This document shows, piece after piece, positions 19,625-30,383 of a stretch of DNA of 64,000 nt; positions within the stretch are counted from its first letter, which is position 1, and each line of letters starts with the position of its first letter. The position numbers were made by a program, and so were the translations under genes. The DNA is from Schizochytrium sp. TIO01. Taxonomy: Eukaryota > Protista > Bigyra: Labyrinthulomycetes. Location of the stretch: NCBI GenBank assembly GCA_004764695.1, contig SMSO01000008.1:248001-312000 (forward strand), written 5' to 3'. The notes under the pieces were generated by a model. The model did no database searches. It was not told where the DNA came from and saw only the letters and a program-made list of their open reading frames with translations.

Positions 19625-21991
19625 ATGGACGCCCTGCACGACCCTGCCATCGCCACGGCTCTCGCCGTTGGAGTAAGTGGCATCGCCCTCTTTGTCGGAT
19701 CCCGTCTGCTTGGCGGCTCAGCCAACGCCAACTCCGCCGACACTGCCCTTCTCAAGGCTGACGAGAACCTCCAGAACAACGCCAACTCTGGCTCTGGGTC
19801 CTCCAAGGCCTCCAAGAAGAAGAAGAACAAGAAGAAGAACAAGAAGACCCCCGTCGCCGCTGACACCGAGGTCAAGAGCGAGGACACCCCGAAGACCAAC
19901 AACGTCGAGACTAAGGCACCTGCACCCAAGGCACCTGAGCCCAAGAAGGTTGTCGAGGAGCCCAAGCCCAAGAAGGTTGTTGAGCAGCCCAAGAAGGCGC
20001 CTACGCCGCCCCCCCAGGTGCCCGAGGAGCCCGAGGATGACCTCAGTGGCTTCGAGGAGGTTGCTAGCAAGTCCAAGAAGAAGAAGAACAAGAAGAAGAA
20101 CAAGAAGGCCGCCACCCAGGCCGAACAGCCGGAGCCTAAGGCACCTGAGCCCAAGAAGGCCGCTGAGCAGCCCAAGAAGGCCGCCGAGCAGCCCAAGAAG
20201 GCTGAAGAGAAGCCCGTCGAAGACAACTCCGCTGCCGCTGAGGCCGAGGCTGCTGCCGCTGCTGCTGCCGCCGCCGCTGTAGCTGAGGCCGAAGCAGCTG
20301 AGACTGGCTGGAAGACTGTCCCCGCGCGCCGCAACAAGAAGAAGGCTGCCGCAGTTCCTGTCGTCACCGCTGAAGAGGTCCCCGTTGCTCCCGAAGATGC
20401 CGCCCCCAACAAGATTGCTGTCCAGCTCGACATCGGAGAGTACGCACCCAAGCTCATTGGACCCGGTGGCCAGACTATCCAATCTCTCCAGGAATCCTCC
20501 GGTGCCAAGGTTGACCTCGACAGGGCTACCAAGACCTGCACGATCAGCGGTACCCAAGAACAGGTCGCCGCCGCTCAGGAGTTTGTCATGACTTTGCTCG
20601 CAAACCAGAAGAAGGACTTCTTGGACCTCGGTGCCAAACGTGGTCTCGTCTTCGCCAAGCTTCGTGAGATCCAGGATGCCAGTGGCGCCCGTCTTGACCT
20701 CGAACGTGATTCCAACCTTCTCGAGCTCAGCGGCGAGGTCGCCCAGGTCGTCAAGGCTCGCGAGATGGTCAGTGCCATCCTCGACTCTACCTCCGTCAAC
20801 ACCATCGATCTTGCCCTCCGCGATGTTCCCTGCGTCATTGGTAAGGCCGGCGCTAATGTCAAGGCTATCCAGGCCGACTCTGGAGCCAGCCTCGATATCG
20901 ACTCAGACATCGGCATCGTCAGTGTTACTGGTACACCCCAGCAGGTCGCTCGTGCTACCGAGCTCGTGCGCCTCTTTGTTGAGCATCGTGGACCCCCCCC
21001 TGAGGCCCTCAAGAAGCTTCAGATGCCCGGCCAGGATGCCCGCCTCGTGATCGGAGCCGGTGGTGCCAACGTCCAGCGTCTTGAGAAGGAGACTGGAGCT
21101 CGCATCAAGATTGACCTTGATGGAGACGATGGAGCAGCATCAGTCACCGTTTCTGGCAGCAGTGCCGAGGTCGAGGCTGGTGTGGCTGCGGTGAACAAGC
21201 TCATTGCAGACCACAGCAATGAGGCTTCCGTGCCGGTGGCGAACTCCAGCATCTTCAAGGCCATTCTTGGCTCTGGAGGTGCTACAATCAACTCGATCAG
21301 AGACAAGTCCCGTGCTCGCGTTGATCTTTCCGACGCTGGTGTTTCCATCAAGGGTACCCCTGACCAGGTCGCCAAGGCACGCAAGATGGTTGAGGAAATT
21401 ATCCAGGCCGAGGTGGGACCCCCCAAGGTGCCTGAAGGACAGACCCTCTTTGAGACTGACCTCGGAGCTGCCACCGGAAGAGTCATTGGCGCTGGAGGAT
21501 CCAACATTGCAAGGCTCCAGGATGACTGCAACGTCACCATCAACATCAAGAGGGGCACTTACTGCTACGTCGTGGGTCCTCAGGAGGGCGTTGACAAGGC
21601 CAAGGCTGAGATCATGGACACCCTCAAGCGTCACGAAGAGGCCGTCGCCAAGGCCAAGGCCCGCGAGGAGGAGGCTGCTCGACTTGCCGCTGAGTCTAAG
21701 GCCAAGGAGGAGGAGGAGCAACAGGCTAGAGAAGCCGCTGCTGCCGAGGCCGGAGAGGATATCGAGGAAGCACCTTCTGCTGCTGAGATTGCAGCGAAGG
21801 CTCCTCAGCCTGTGGCCCCTGCTGCCCAGGTTGCAAAGCCTACTGCTGCTCAGGCTGCTGCTGCCCCTACTCAGCCTGTACCAGCTACTGATAACCAGGC
21901 ATGGCAACCCCCTCCCAGCACCTGGGGCGCCAATGATGCTTGGGGCTCAACGAGCAACGCTAACGGCTCCCAGAACGGCTGGGGACTCTAA
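19625..21991 (+). CDS. Membrane-anchored multi-KH-domain RNA-binding protein (N-terminal TM, Lys-rich linker, 6 KH domains, Trp-Gly tail)
   Basis: ATG in CACCATGG context at 19625. TM segment AIATALAVGVSGIALFVG. GxxG loops IGPGG, IGKAG, IGAGG, LGSGG, IGAGG plus degenerate LGAKRG. Strong C/G-ending codon bias, which also explains the long antisense and alternative-frame ORFs. Confidence 0.92.
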   Translation: MDALHDPAIATALAVGVSGIALFVGSRLLGGSANANSADTALLKADENLQNNANSGSGSSKASKKKKNKKKNKKTPVAADTEVKSEDTPKTNNVETKAPAPKAPEPKKVVEEPKPKKVVEQPKKAPTPPPQVPEEPEDDLSGFEEVASKSKKKKNKKKNKKAATQAEQPEPKAPEPKKAAEQPKKAAEQPKKAEEKPVEDNSAAAEAEAAAAAAAAAAVAEAEAAETGWKTVPARRNKKKAAAVPVVTAEEVPVAPEDAAPNKIAVQLDIGEYAPKLIGPGGQTIQSLQESSGAKVDLDRATKTCTISGTQEQVAAAQEFVMTLLANQKKDFLDLGAKRGLVFAKLREIQDASGARLDLERDSNLLELSGEVAQVVKAREMVSAILDSTSVNTIDLALRDVPCVIGKAGANVKAIQADSGASLDIDSDIGIVSVTGTPQQVARATELVRLFVEHRGPPPEALKKLQMPGQDARLVIGAGGANVQRLEKETGARIKIDLDGDDGAASVTVSGSSAEVEAGVAAVNKLIADHSNEASVPVANSSIFKAILGSGGATINSIRDKSRARVDLSDAGVSIKGTPDQVAKARKMVEEIIQAEVGPPKVPEGQTLFETDLGAATGRVIGAGGSNIARLQDDCNVTINIKRGTYCYVVGPQEGVDKAKAEIMDTLKRHEEAVAKAKAREEEAARLAAESKAKEEEEQQAREAAAAEAGEDIEEAPSAAEIAAKAPQPVAPAAQVAKPTAAQAAAAPTQPVPATDNQAWQPPPSTWGANDAWGSTSNANGSQNGWGL

Positions 21992-24470
21992 GTCGGTTTG
22001 GTCCAGAGTTTTGCTTGTTAGTTAGTTAAATTGGGTCATGAATATGAGTTGGCGCTGCTGCTTACTGCTCCTGCTGTTGCACTGTCGCTGGGTCCCATTT
22101 AAAGGCATCTAGTGGGAGTTTGTACGTATCGCAGTCGAGCGCAGTGCTTGCAAGCTGCTCTACTTCGCATCCAACTATTTAGCAAGCTGCAACTTTGAAA
22201 ATTGCATTCTGCATTAGTTTTCTCCATCACAGATTACGCGCATGCAAGTTGTCAAGTCTGGTCAGATGCTTTGTTTTGTACCTCTTAAATTGCATGTGGT
22301 GTAGGGATGATGTTACGCTACTACTGTTGCTCGTTTCTTCTGAGGCTTTCCGCTATATTTGTTTCTTCTTCTCTTCTTTACAATTGTTGCGGTGCGGCTC
22401 CCAGAGCGTGCAAGTAGAATATACTATTCATTCATCTATCCACTTCATTACATGCATCAAGCAAGAGTGTTCATGCTGGACAAACTTGGCACTTGCTGCA
22501 AATATTTTATCTGACTGGATCTATTCAATCGGTCACAGCTTGAAGCCCTGTCTCTATTTACTCGAGAAGGGATCCGTTCATGTATCAGTTGTGTTGGGGC
22601 AGAGGAGGCAGGATGATCTCGCAATGCACATACCCTCATGGAATAGAGGGAGGAAGGGAGGAACTGGCTAAGATCCACCTTTTGTCTTGTCTAGTGCACG
22701 CTCTCTTTACTTATCATGGTTTAATTGACTGACTTTCCTCGCTTCTATACTCACCCACGCTTGCTCGGATTCCCTTAACTCTTGTGCCGGCTAGTGGTTC
22801 ACCTGTCGCTTATTTGCTCCTGCAACCTTCTCCCCTATTCTCAACTTCTTACATCTCTACTCCTCGAATCCCAACGCGCGGATCGAACAAACTTCAAAAA
22901 ACAAAAACAAAAACGTACCTAAAAAAATGATACACAGACTTTTCTTATATCTTTCCAAAAAAAAAACTTCTTTGCTACTGACTGCAGCTTTTCTTTTGCT
23001 CCTTACTAGAGTTACATTCGTAACGGTGATGCTTATACCTGTCCCAACCAATTTTGAGATGATTAGTAGTGCACCAGCTATGGTGACTTGATCTGAAACG
23101 CTGTTCTTCTCTTTTTTTGCCAATACCTTGGTCTGACTTTTCGCCTACATGCTTGCATAAGAGGTAATAATTCCCACCTAGATACTCTTATAAGTGACAT
23201 TCAATCACCACAAACCTTGCTGAATACTTCCCGACGTGGCCTTCCTTGTCGCAATGTCTCATCTATTGCCATCCACTGACCTGGGAGCTCTTTCTTTATC
23301 CTTGTATCAAATTTATGCTTTTGACATTTTAAAATCAGGCAAGTCCCATGCATTCATCCATGTCAAATTTACGCTTTTCTTTAATAGTCTGGTTGACATT
23401 TGCTGCATCAGGATAAAAGCCTACAGCTATTTTAAATGGAATTCGTGCTTTGATCTTTCCGGTTCTTCCTTCAGAACTAGTATCATGCTTGAGATAGTGC
23501 TGATAATACTCTCTTACTTCTCTCGCCTATTTGATGACAAATACCACGAGTCCGAAAGATTAGTCAGTTCTCGATCATTGTCTCCAACAAACTCTTACAG
23601 AATCTAACTGCACATGGTACTGGATACAAATCCAAAGAAGTCGGTTCAGGAATAAATCAATACACTTATGTTTTAAATCCATCACCATTTGCATTTCAGG
23701 GTGTCTACTATAGTATTTCTTCTATATTCCAAGGACCTACTCTACACACACACCTATAACTTTCGTTTCTCTTCCTTCCGGGGGTGTTCGGGGTCGATAT
23801 CTACTATGCCGTTATGCTTGAGTCTTGTTGATACGAAGTCTCTCAAGTCACCCATTTCATGCATGATATCTCTTCCATTCATCAAGTTAGTATCTATCAT
23901 CCAAGCCAACGATAACACGAATCCCGCATTGAGATGATCTCAAGCGCTTCTTTCGCAAACCTCGACGCCATCATAAAATCTTCGTGATCATAACTAGAAA
24001 AGAAGCAATTAATAAATTATAGACTTCACCTATTGCCCAGCCCACATGATTGATGATATCAACCCGTAAGTAAGCGTTGTTCTTGCAACCTGCGAGTTTG
24101 CCTTCGATAACGCCAACAACACCCGCAACGTCGGCAGTCGAGGCCAAGTCAACACCCACCTTCGTGGTGGTCCTTTGCAGTCACAGTGACTCCTGACATC
24201 GCATTACTTACCCTACCTACCTACCTACCTACCTATCTACCTTAGAATTTGCGTGAACAACACGCGCAACACATTCCCGGCAGGCAACAACCCTTCGTCG
24301 TCTAGCACCGTGTCCTCTTGGAGAGATACATAGATGCCTCCAGAGGCTATTGCTGCTGCCGGGCACCAAGTTGCTTATTCTTCTTCTCAACGGAGTTCTC
24401 GTGGGACCACCTACCTGGGTTCCTGCATCCTGGCGGAGACAGTGTTCATGACGGCAATGACCACCATGAC

Positions 24471-24601
24471 AATCAATCAATGAATCAATGAATCAATCAA
24501 TGAATCAATCAATGAATCAATGAATGAATGAATGAATGAATGAATGAATGAATCAATCAATCAATCAATCAATGAATCAATGAATCAATGAATCAAGCAA
24601 T
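24471..24601. repeat. Compound (AATC)/(AATG) microsatellite
   Basis: Direct reading. Confidence 0.9.
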
Positions 24602-25831
24602 CATCTTGACCATGCCATGAATTGCCGCCAAGGAAATGGATGCCATCCCCAACGTTGGTTGGGCCATGCGTGGTTTCGAGCGGACCCGCGTTGCGTTGTG
24701 TTGCGATGCGTTGCGCTGCGCTGAGTTCCGCTTCTAAGTGAAGCAAACAAACTCAGTCGCTGGAGAAGCTGACAGACAGGGCCCTCCCTGGTCTGCAGCA
24801 GAGACAACGCACACCTGAAGAGTGCAGCCTCTGCAAAGTAAAGATGATTTTGCGTGGTCCTGCGAATCCCCAAGGTGCTCCGCATTTGCTTGCAGGTATC
24901 GAAGTAGGAGTGGCGCAGAATTCGCATTCGTATCTCTGTGCACTCAGCTAGTTCTATGAAGAGAGGAGATCGGTTCAAGGACAGTGTCGTCGTCCTACCT
25001 CGGTTTCTTTCATTTCATCGCTTCATCGGTTCGTCGATTCCTCATTCCAAAAGGTGCGTTGCGCAGCTTCCGTAAGGTCTGTCTGCACAATGAATGTCGG
25101 TACCGTCAAGTATTGATCAGTTTTCATAGACGATAGTCGCAGCAACTGTGCGCTCTTCCACCTCACTAACTAACTTTGGTGCACTCATCTCTGTTGCAGG
25201 AAAGAATGCCGGGCTCTTAAGGCGCCTTAGGGACCGCTACTGGGCACAAGACAAGTCAAGTAAGAGAGAAAAGCTTTTGCAGGCAATGACATCACGGTGA
25301 GGCAGGGCCGTAAGAATACGATTGAAGGGTTCGGCCTGGCATGGAGAAACGAGTTGCCGTCTTGCAAACAGCTGGATAATACAATGGCAATAAATTACAG
25401 CGCACGGCCATTTCGACAACCTAGAGCACTGGGTCTTAATACCTGATAGATAGTGCTAGTAGGTATTGCAATCAAAGGCATGTTTGACATTTGACAGAAA
25501 GCAGCGACCAAGAAGTACATAACAGGCAGACCTGCAACAACGGTGCTGGTCATTGCAGATACCTTGATTGCTGTTGACAGCCGTACTACGGCTCGTGCAA
25601 GTGCTACTGATACTCTTTCAGGTGGTGTCAGTGGGTTGAGGCTTGCTTTTTTTCAGATTGAAGACTTGAGCGTTAGAAGAAAATAAGTTGCACGCCCAAT
25701 ACTACTGTGCAGTTGCCGCACAAGAACGAAGCAGAAAGACCCAGTTTTGTTTGCCTCGACTAGACGTCAACTCCCGTTTGATTCTTGTGCACGTGCATCT
25801 TCATTCATTCAACAGCTTTGAACAAACTGCC

Positions 25832-26713
25832 ATGGCTCTCGAACTCGCTCAAGACCTTCTCGCGGGCTCCATCGCAGGTGGTGTGGGTATCGTGGTAGGC
25901 CATCCTCTCGACACACTCAAGGTCCGTCTTCAGAGTGCTCACAGCAATGTCAGCGCTTTAAGTGTGGTCTCTGCAACTCTTCGAGGTGAAGGTGTTGCAG
26001 GACTCTTCAAAGGCATTATGTCGCCGGTTATAGGCCAGGTGGCCTACACATCTCTGAGTTTTGCTGGCTACAACTACACGTTACAGTACCTGAGCGGCCA
26101 CTCGCTCTACACTGGCACTGCTGACGCCTCACTGCTCAATGTCTTCATTGCCGGCACCACAGGAGGAGCCTTGAGCACCTTGGTGACCACCCCTCTCGAA
26201 ATGGTCAAGTGCAATCTACAAGTCGATCGTGAGCACTCCAGCGCTGGAGGTATTCGCCGAGTCGTACGTCAGAGTTGGGCAAGAGGAGGTGTTCAGGGAT
26301 TATACCGAGGCTTTGGGATCACAGTGGTGCGAGACTCACCTGCCTCTGGTTTGTATTTTGTTGTTTACACGGAGACAAAGAAGCAGGCTGTTGACAAACT
26401 TGGAATGGCTAGGACACCCGCAGAGCTCTTCGCAGGCGGCTTAGCAGGCGTCCTATGCTGGTTTCCAGTCATCCCAATTGATGTCATCAAAACCCGAATC
26501 CAAACTGACTACTTACTTCCACCGGCGGAGAGGCAGAACTACACGAGTACAATGCACTGCGTGCGAAAAACGATTGCTGAAGAAGGCGTGCGCAGCCTTT
26601 ATAAGGGGTCCGGGCCGCTGTTAGTGCGTGCCTTTCCTGTCTCAGCCGTCACTTTCTACGTATATGAGGCCCTCATGCGTTTAATGCGAGAGGATATGAC
26701 ACTCAAAGCCTAA
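25832..26713 (+). CDS. Mitochondrial carrier family protein (carnitine/acylcarnitine or basic amino acid carrier-like, SLC25A20/29/45 group)
   Basis: Three PX[DE]XX[KR] signatures: HPLDTLKVRLQ, TPLEMVKCNLQ, IPIDVIKTRIQ. Also GLYRG..RDSP and RAFP. First ATG is 25832. Confidence 0.95.
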   Translation: MALELAQDLLAGSIAGGVGIVVGHPLDTLKVRLQSAHSNVSALSVVSATLRGEGVAGLFKGIMSPVIGQVAYTSLSFAGYNYTLQYLSGHSLYTGTADASLLNVFIAGTTGGALSTLVTTPLEMVKCNLQVDREHSSAGGIRRVVRQSWARGGVQGLYRGFGITVVRDSPASGLYFVVYTETKKQAVDKLGMARTPAELFAGGLAGVLCWFPVIPIDVIKTRIQTDYLLPPAERQNYTSTMHCVRKTIAEEGVRSLYKGSGPLLVRAFPVSAVTFYVYEALMRLMREDMTLKA

Positions 26714-27737
26714 GAATACAATACGAAACTTCATGGGTTAGCAGAGCAGCTGCAGTAGCAATTCGCTGCGTGCAACCAGGCATTGAATAAAGATCGAGGA
26801 TCGTGTCTCATTAGCGAACTCTTGGCTTATATGTTTGATTCTCAATTTTTGTTTGTGTTGTTAAGAAATGAGAGGGGAGAGATATGCATGAGTTCTTGCT
26901 CTGGAAAACTTAGATTCGGTACAAGTTCTGACTGAATATGGTGTTTAAATATTGACTGTGACTTCTGTCAGCTTTTTAGAAAAAGCAAAGCAAAACCAAA
27001 TTTTTTAGAGTGCAAATTTTACGCTAGGACCTTTGCAAAAAGAGATAAATCGCCATAGTAGAGAACACTGCGAGGTTTAATTTTCTGGTAACGTATTGCC
27101 TAAAATGAACGCCCAAAAATAGACTCACGCAATATCTTTGGTGCCAGTGCTCAGTTTGAAATAATGATAGTAGTATCTTTTGCATGCGGGCACGACTTTC
27201 GTTACGAATCACAGTGGTTGCATCTCAAATGCCTGAGATCAAGGTTTTACTGCTGCTGCGACAGTGGCCTCTCTATCTCTCTGCTTCAAGGACCTTAACG
27301 TAGTACATGGAACAGATATAATATAGTGAACTCATAATGTTTTTATCCCTTAGCCTTTGTTTGATCTTTCCATTCGAATCACGCAAAAGAAAGGAGAATG
27401 CAGATCCTAAATGCTTGCTCATCACATTCGTGATATTTTTAGAGCCCAATACACTCTTCATTAATTTTATTTAGAAAAACCCTTCATTAGAGTGCAACAA
27501 GTGGGCTCTCTCTTTTACAAATAGAACTAGATGGAAAGCTAGGATTAGAATTTCTTGAAACGTTAGGAGATGCCAACGCAGAAGCAAAAAGTCAAGATTT
27601 ATATTTCTTTGGGGGAGAATAGAAATGATACCTAGGTCTTGGTCTTCTTCGCCAGAGAGGCAGCTCATGTCTTCGATTCCAAAGTCCCAAGAGCTAAGGC
27701 TGGACAACGGCTTTTTGATTTTTGATTTTTTTCAATT

Positions 27738-30383
27738 TTAGTTCAACAGGCGCCATGTGGTAAAACTATCCCTAGCAAGCAGGGTGATGTTCGTTTCTTC
27801 TTCTAAATTCCGATCTGGTGAAGGAGAGCAAATATGCAGGGGTTGAGAAATGCAAGCTGAACGCGTCTGACCTCGCAATTGACGATTTGTAAAAACGCGG
27901 AGTACCCCTGCGTCATCGCAGGACACAATGTGGTTTTGCAAACTAGAACTAAGTGCTCGGACAGGAGACGGCCCTGTATCTGCAAAGTAAGAAACATCAT
28001 CTTGAAAATCAGTTGTCAAATGCAAGATCCCTCCGTCTTGGCAGCCAACTACAATGGCGCGATCCGCAGACATATGAACACAAGTAGCGGGACTGTTTGC
28101 CTTGGCAAGAATCATGAGTTTGGCTCCTTGAGGTGTAGTAGCAAGGCGCCCAGCTAAATCTACCGCAAAATCATCAGCGCTAAACAACCCCGAAGAACAA
28201 GTTTCTGCAACATTTAGATCCATACCTGTTCCAGTGCTGTAAGTTGCCGATGTGCCGTTACGTTGCCGTAGGCGTTTTGCCCTCATTGTAGCGATATCAA
28301 ACCATGTTTTGGCAGGGTTGGTGGATGCTCCTCCAAGAATACTCATTGAACGGATCGACTCTGCATATTTTGAGTTATTATGCACAAGAGTTGATGGGCT
28401 ATTGCTTCCACCAATCGGCGACGTTGCATTTGTGGGTGAGCCTGGTTCAAAGGGAGGCTGCGTCGTGTCTTTTGATAATTCCATAAGAACAACGTGACCG
28501 TCTGGTAGTCCAATAAGATAGGCACGCCCAAAGTCGTCGAGAGGAGACATGCACGAGACTGCAGCTTCGTCATCATCCAAGGCTCCAGGTGATCCTGGAG
28601 ATGTAGGTGAGGTAGCAGGCATATTACCAAGGCCCATCTGCAAAGTTCCTCCTCGGTCTCCATTATTTATACTCATCGACATACGCAGATTGTTGGACAC
28701 ATCAGCTCCAAATTGAGAAGTTGAAGAGATTGCTGTCGATAATGATGGCAATACACCCGCTGCTGTGATACTTGGTGCATCTGTTCCATTTACAGAGCTA
28801 ATGTTGTTATTGTTGCTGTTGTTGGATGGGCTTCCGAGGGCAGGTGAGCGATCTTTCTCACGATCAGGTTTTGTTTCTTTAGGAATACGAAGAAGCACAT
28901 CAAGTTGACATGTCCAAACACAGCGGAGATTTACATCAAATCCTCGTACAACATTCTGAGCACAGCCGATAATTGTGGCAGTAGCATCGGAGTAGGCCAC
29001 ACTGGAGAAAGGTACTCGCGTCATGGGCCGGTCCAAAAGAGTTTCAGAACTATGAATCCAACGCACACCTTCATCCTCTAGGTTAATTTTCATTTTGCGT
29101 ATTGCAGCAGCAGGGTCCTTTTCAAATAGTTGTGAGAGAAGCCTGAAATTGGACATATCCTCTTCTGTCAATGTATCGGGATTGGCGGTTAGGCGGGGAA
29201 GAGCGGCAATATAGCAAAGAGTAAGGTACCCTCGTCCTGTGCGGCTCATGGCAAACAGCAAAACCTTTATCGGGTCACTGCGTATCGATGACGAAGCAGA
29301 AGGAATTGCAGAAAGCTCTACATTTTTTTTGTGAGTTGATGTGGAGGAGTTCTTTGCGGAGGTATTTCTGGTCGAAGTGTTTCCGCCTTTACGAGGAGAT
29401 GAAGCCCCTTTACCAGATTGCTGTTGTTGCTGTTGTTGTTGTTGTTGCTGCTGCTGCTTTGTATTGCTGGACTTTCCCTTTCGCTTCGAGGAGGTTACCG
29501 AGGAACTAGCTGTCTCTGATGAAGCCCCTCGTGTTTCTCGATTCTTGCTTACCGTTGTTGCTACTTCACCAGTGGGTACAAGCCCAATATCTTTGTCTGA
29601 GCCATTATTTGGTGTGTCATCGCCTGTTTGATTAGATCGAGCCTCTGATCTCTGAAGTGCCCTCTCTGATTCCATTTCGTTGATAATATCAATAATTGCT
29701 GAAGGAATGTTTCCGGTTTGCGGGTCCATGCAAACACAAGCGGCAGATATGACGTCTTCAGAATCACTCACATAGATGTCACGCGTGATGTCTGCATAGT
29801 CCACGAGAGTTGGTGCTGGTATTTGCGCAGGAATTGCTTTGCTTTTTCTATTTGATGTACCTTGCGTTGCAGGTTTGTTGCTTGCAGCATCTTCCGCAGA
29901 TGTATTTTCAGTAGCTTGTGAAGAGGCTTCGTCGATAATCACTTGTGCAGGTGTCTGGAGCTGTCCTTCTTTCCACACACCAAGGAATCCGTGGCTCCCA
30001 AGAGTAAACATGAGGTCTAGTTTGGGTATGCGAAAGATGCCAAGCGTCCTGCCAAATGGCATAAAGCATCTATATATTGGTGTTGGCCCAAGGCTTTGCA
30101 CGGATTTTGATTTTCGGAATTGGGTACGAATATGGGCCAGTTCACGTGCCAACGCAGATCGTCTCTGCTGCTCAATGCGGGCCTTTTCTCGCCGTTCGAG
30201 TTCCTCAAACCGAGTTTTTTTCTCGAGCTCTTCTCGCACACGCTGCTTAAGCACAAGAGCATTGTAGTCTTGCTGCCAAGCTAGAGAGGACTCGCTTGGC
30301 TGGAGACTTTCCTCAAGTGCATCAGCTCGTCTGCGGCTCTCGCTTGCCTCTCGCTGCAACTCCTCAAGTTCCGTGCGCCCCAT
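27738..30383 (-). CDS. Hypothetical protein: N-terminal coiled coil, WD40-like blades interrupted by low-complexity inserts (polyQ, Ser/Asn-rich)
   Basis: 881-aa ORF starting at ATG. Blade-like segments YLIGLPDGHVVLMEL, AIVVGCQDGGILHL, HIVSCDDAGVLRVF; polyQ run. Confidence 0.8.
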   Translation of the reverse strand: MGRTELEELQREASESRRRADALEESLQPSESSLAWQQDYNALVLKQRVREELEKKTRFEELERREKARIEQQRRSALARELAHIRTQFRKSKSVQSLGPTPIYRCFMPFGRTLGIFRIPKLDLMFTLGSHGFLGVWKEGQLQTPAQVIIDEASSQATENTSAEDAASNKPATQGTSNRKSKAIPAQIPAPTLVDYADITRDIYVSDSEDVISAACVCMDPQTGNIPSAIIDIINEMESERALQRSEARSNQTGDDTPNNGSDKDIGLVPTGEVATTVSKNRETRGASSETASSSVTSSKRKGKSSNTKQQQQQQQQQQQQQSGKGASSPRKGGNTSTRNTSAKNSSTSTHKKNVELSAIPSASSSIRSDPIKVLLFAMSRTGRGYLTLCYIAALPRLTANPDTLTEEDMSNFRLLSQLFEKDPAAAIRKMKINLEDEGVRWIHSSETLLDRPMTRVPFSSVAYSDATATIIGCAQNVVRGFDVNLRCVWTCQLDVLLRIPKETKPDREKDRSPALGSPSNNSNNNNISSVNGTDAPSITAAGVLPSLSTAISSTSQFGADVSNNLRMSMSINNGDRGGTLQMGLGNMPATSPTSPGSPGALDDDEAAVSCMSPLDDFGRAYLIGLPDGHVVLMELSKDTTQPPFEPGSPTNATSPIGGSNSPSTLVHNNSKYAESIRSMSILGGASTNPAKTWFDIATMRAKRLRQRNGTSATYSTGTGMDLNVAETCSSGLFSADDFAVDLAGRLATTPQGAKLMILAKANSPATCVHMSADRAIVVGCQDGGILHLTTDFQDDVSYFADTGPSPVRALSSSLQNHIVSCDDAGVLRVFTNRQLRGQTRSACISQPLHICSPSPDRNLEEETNITLLARDSFTTWRLLN

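Noticed and set aside
19429-22025. Long antisense and alternative-frame ORFs over the KH gene (370, 279, 273, 255 aa)
   Set aside because: Explained by the strong codon bias of the sense gene; no protein motifs.
27273-27707. Two same-frame minus-strand ORFs separated by one stop, downstream of the WD40-like gene
   Set aside because: No recognisable motif; compatible with chance in AT-rich 3' flank.
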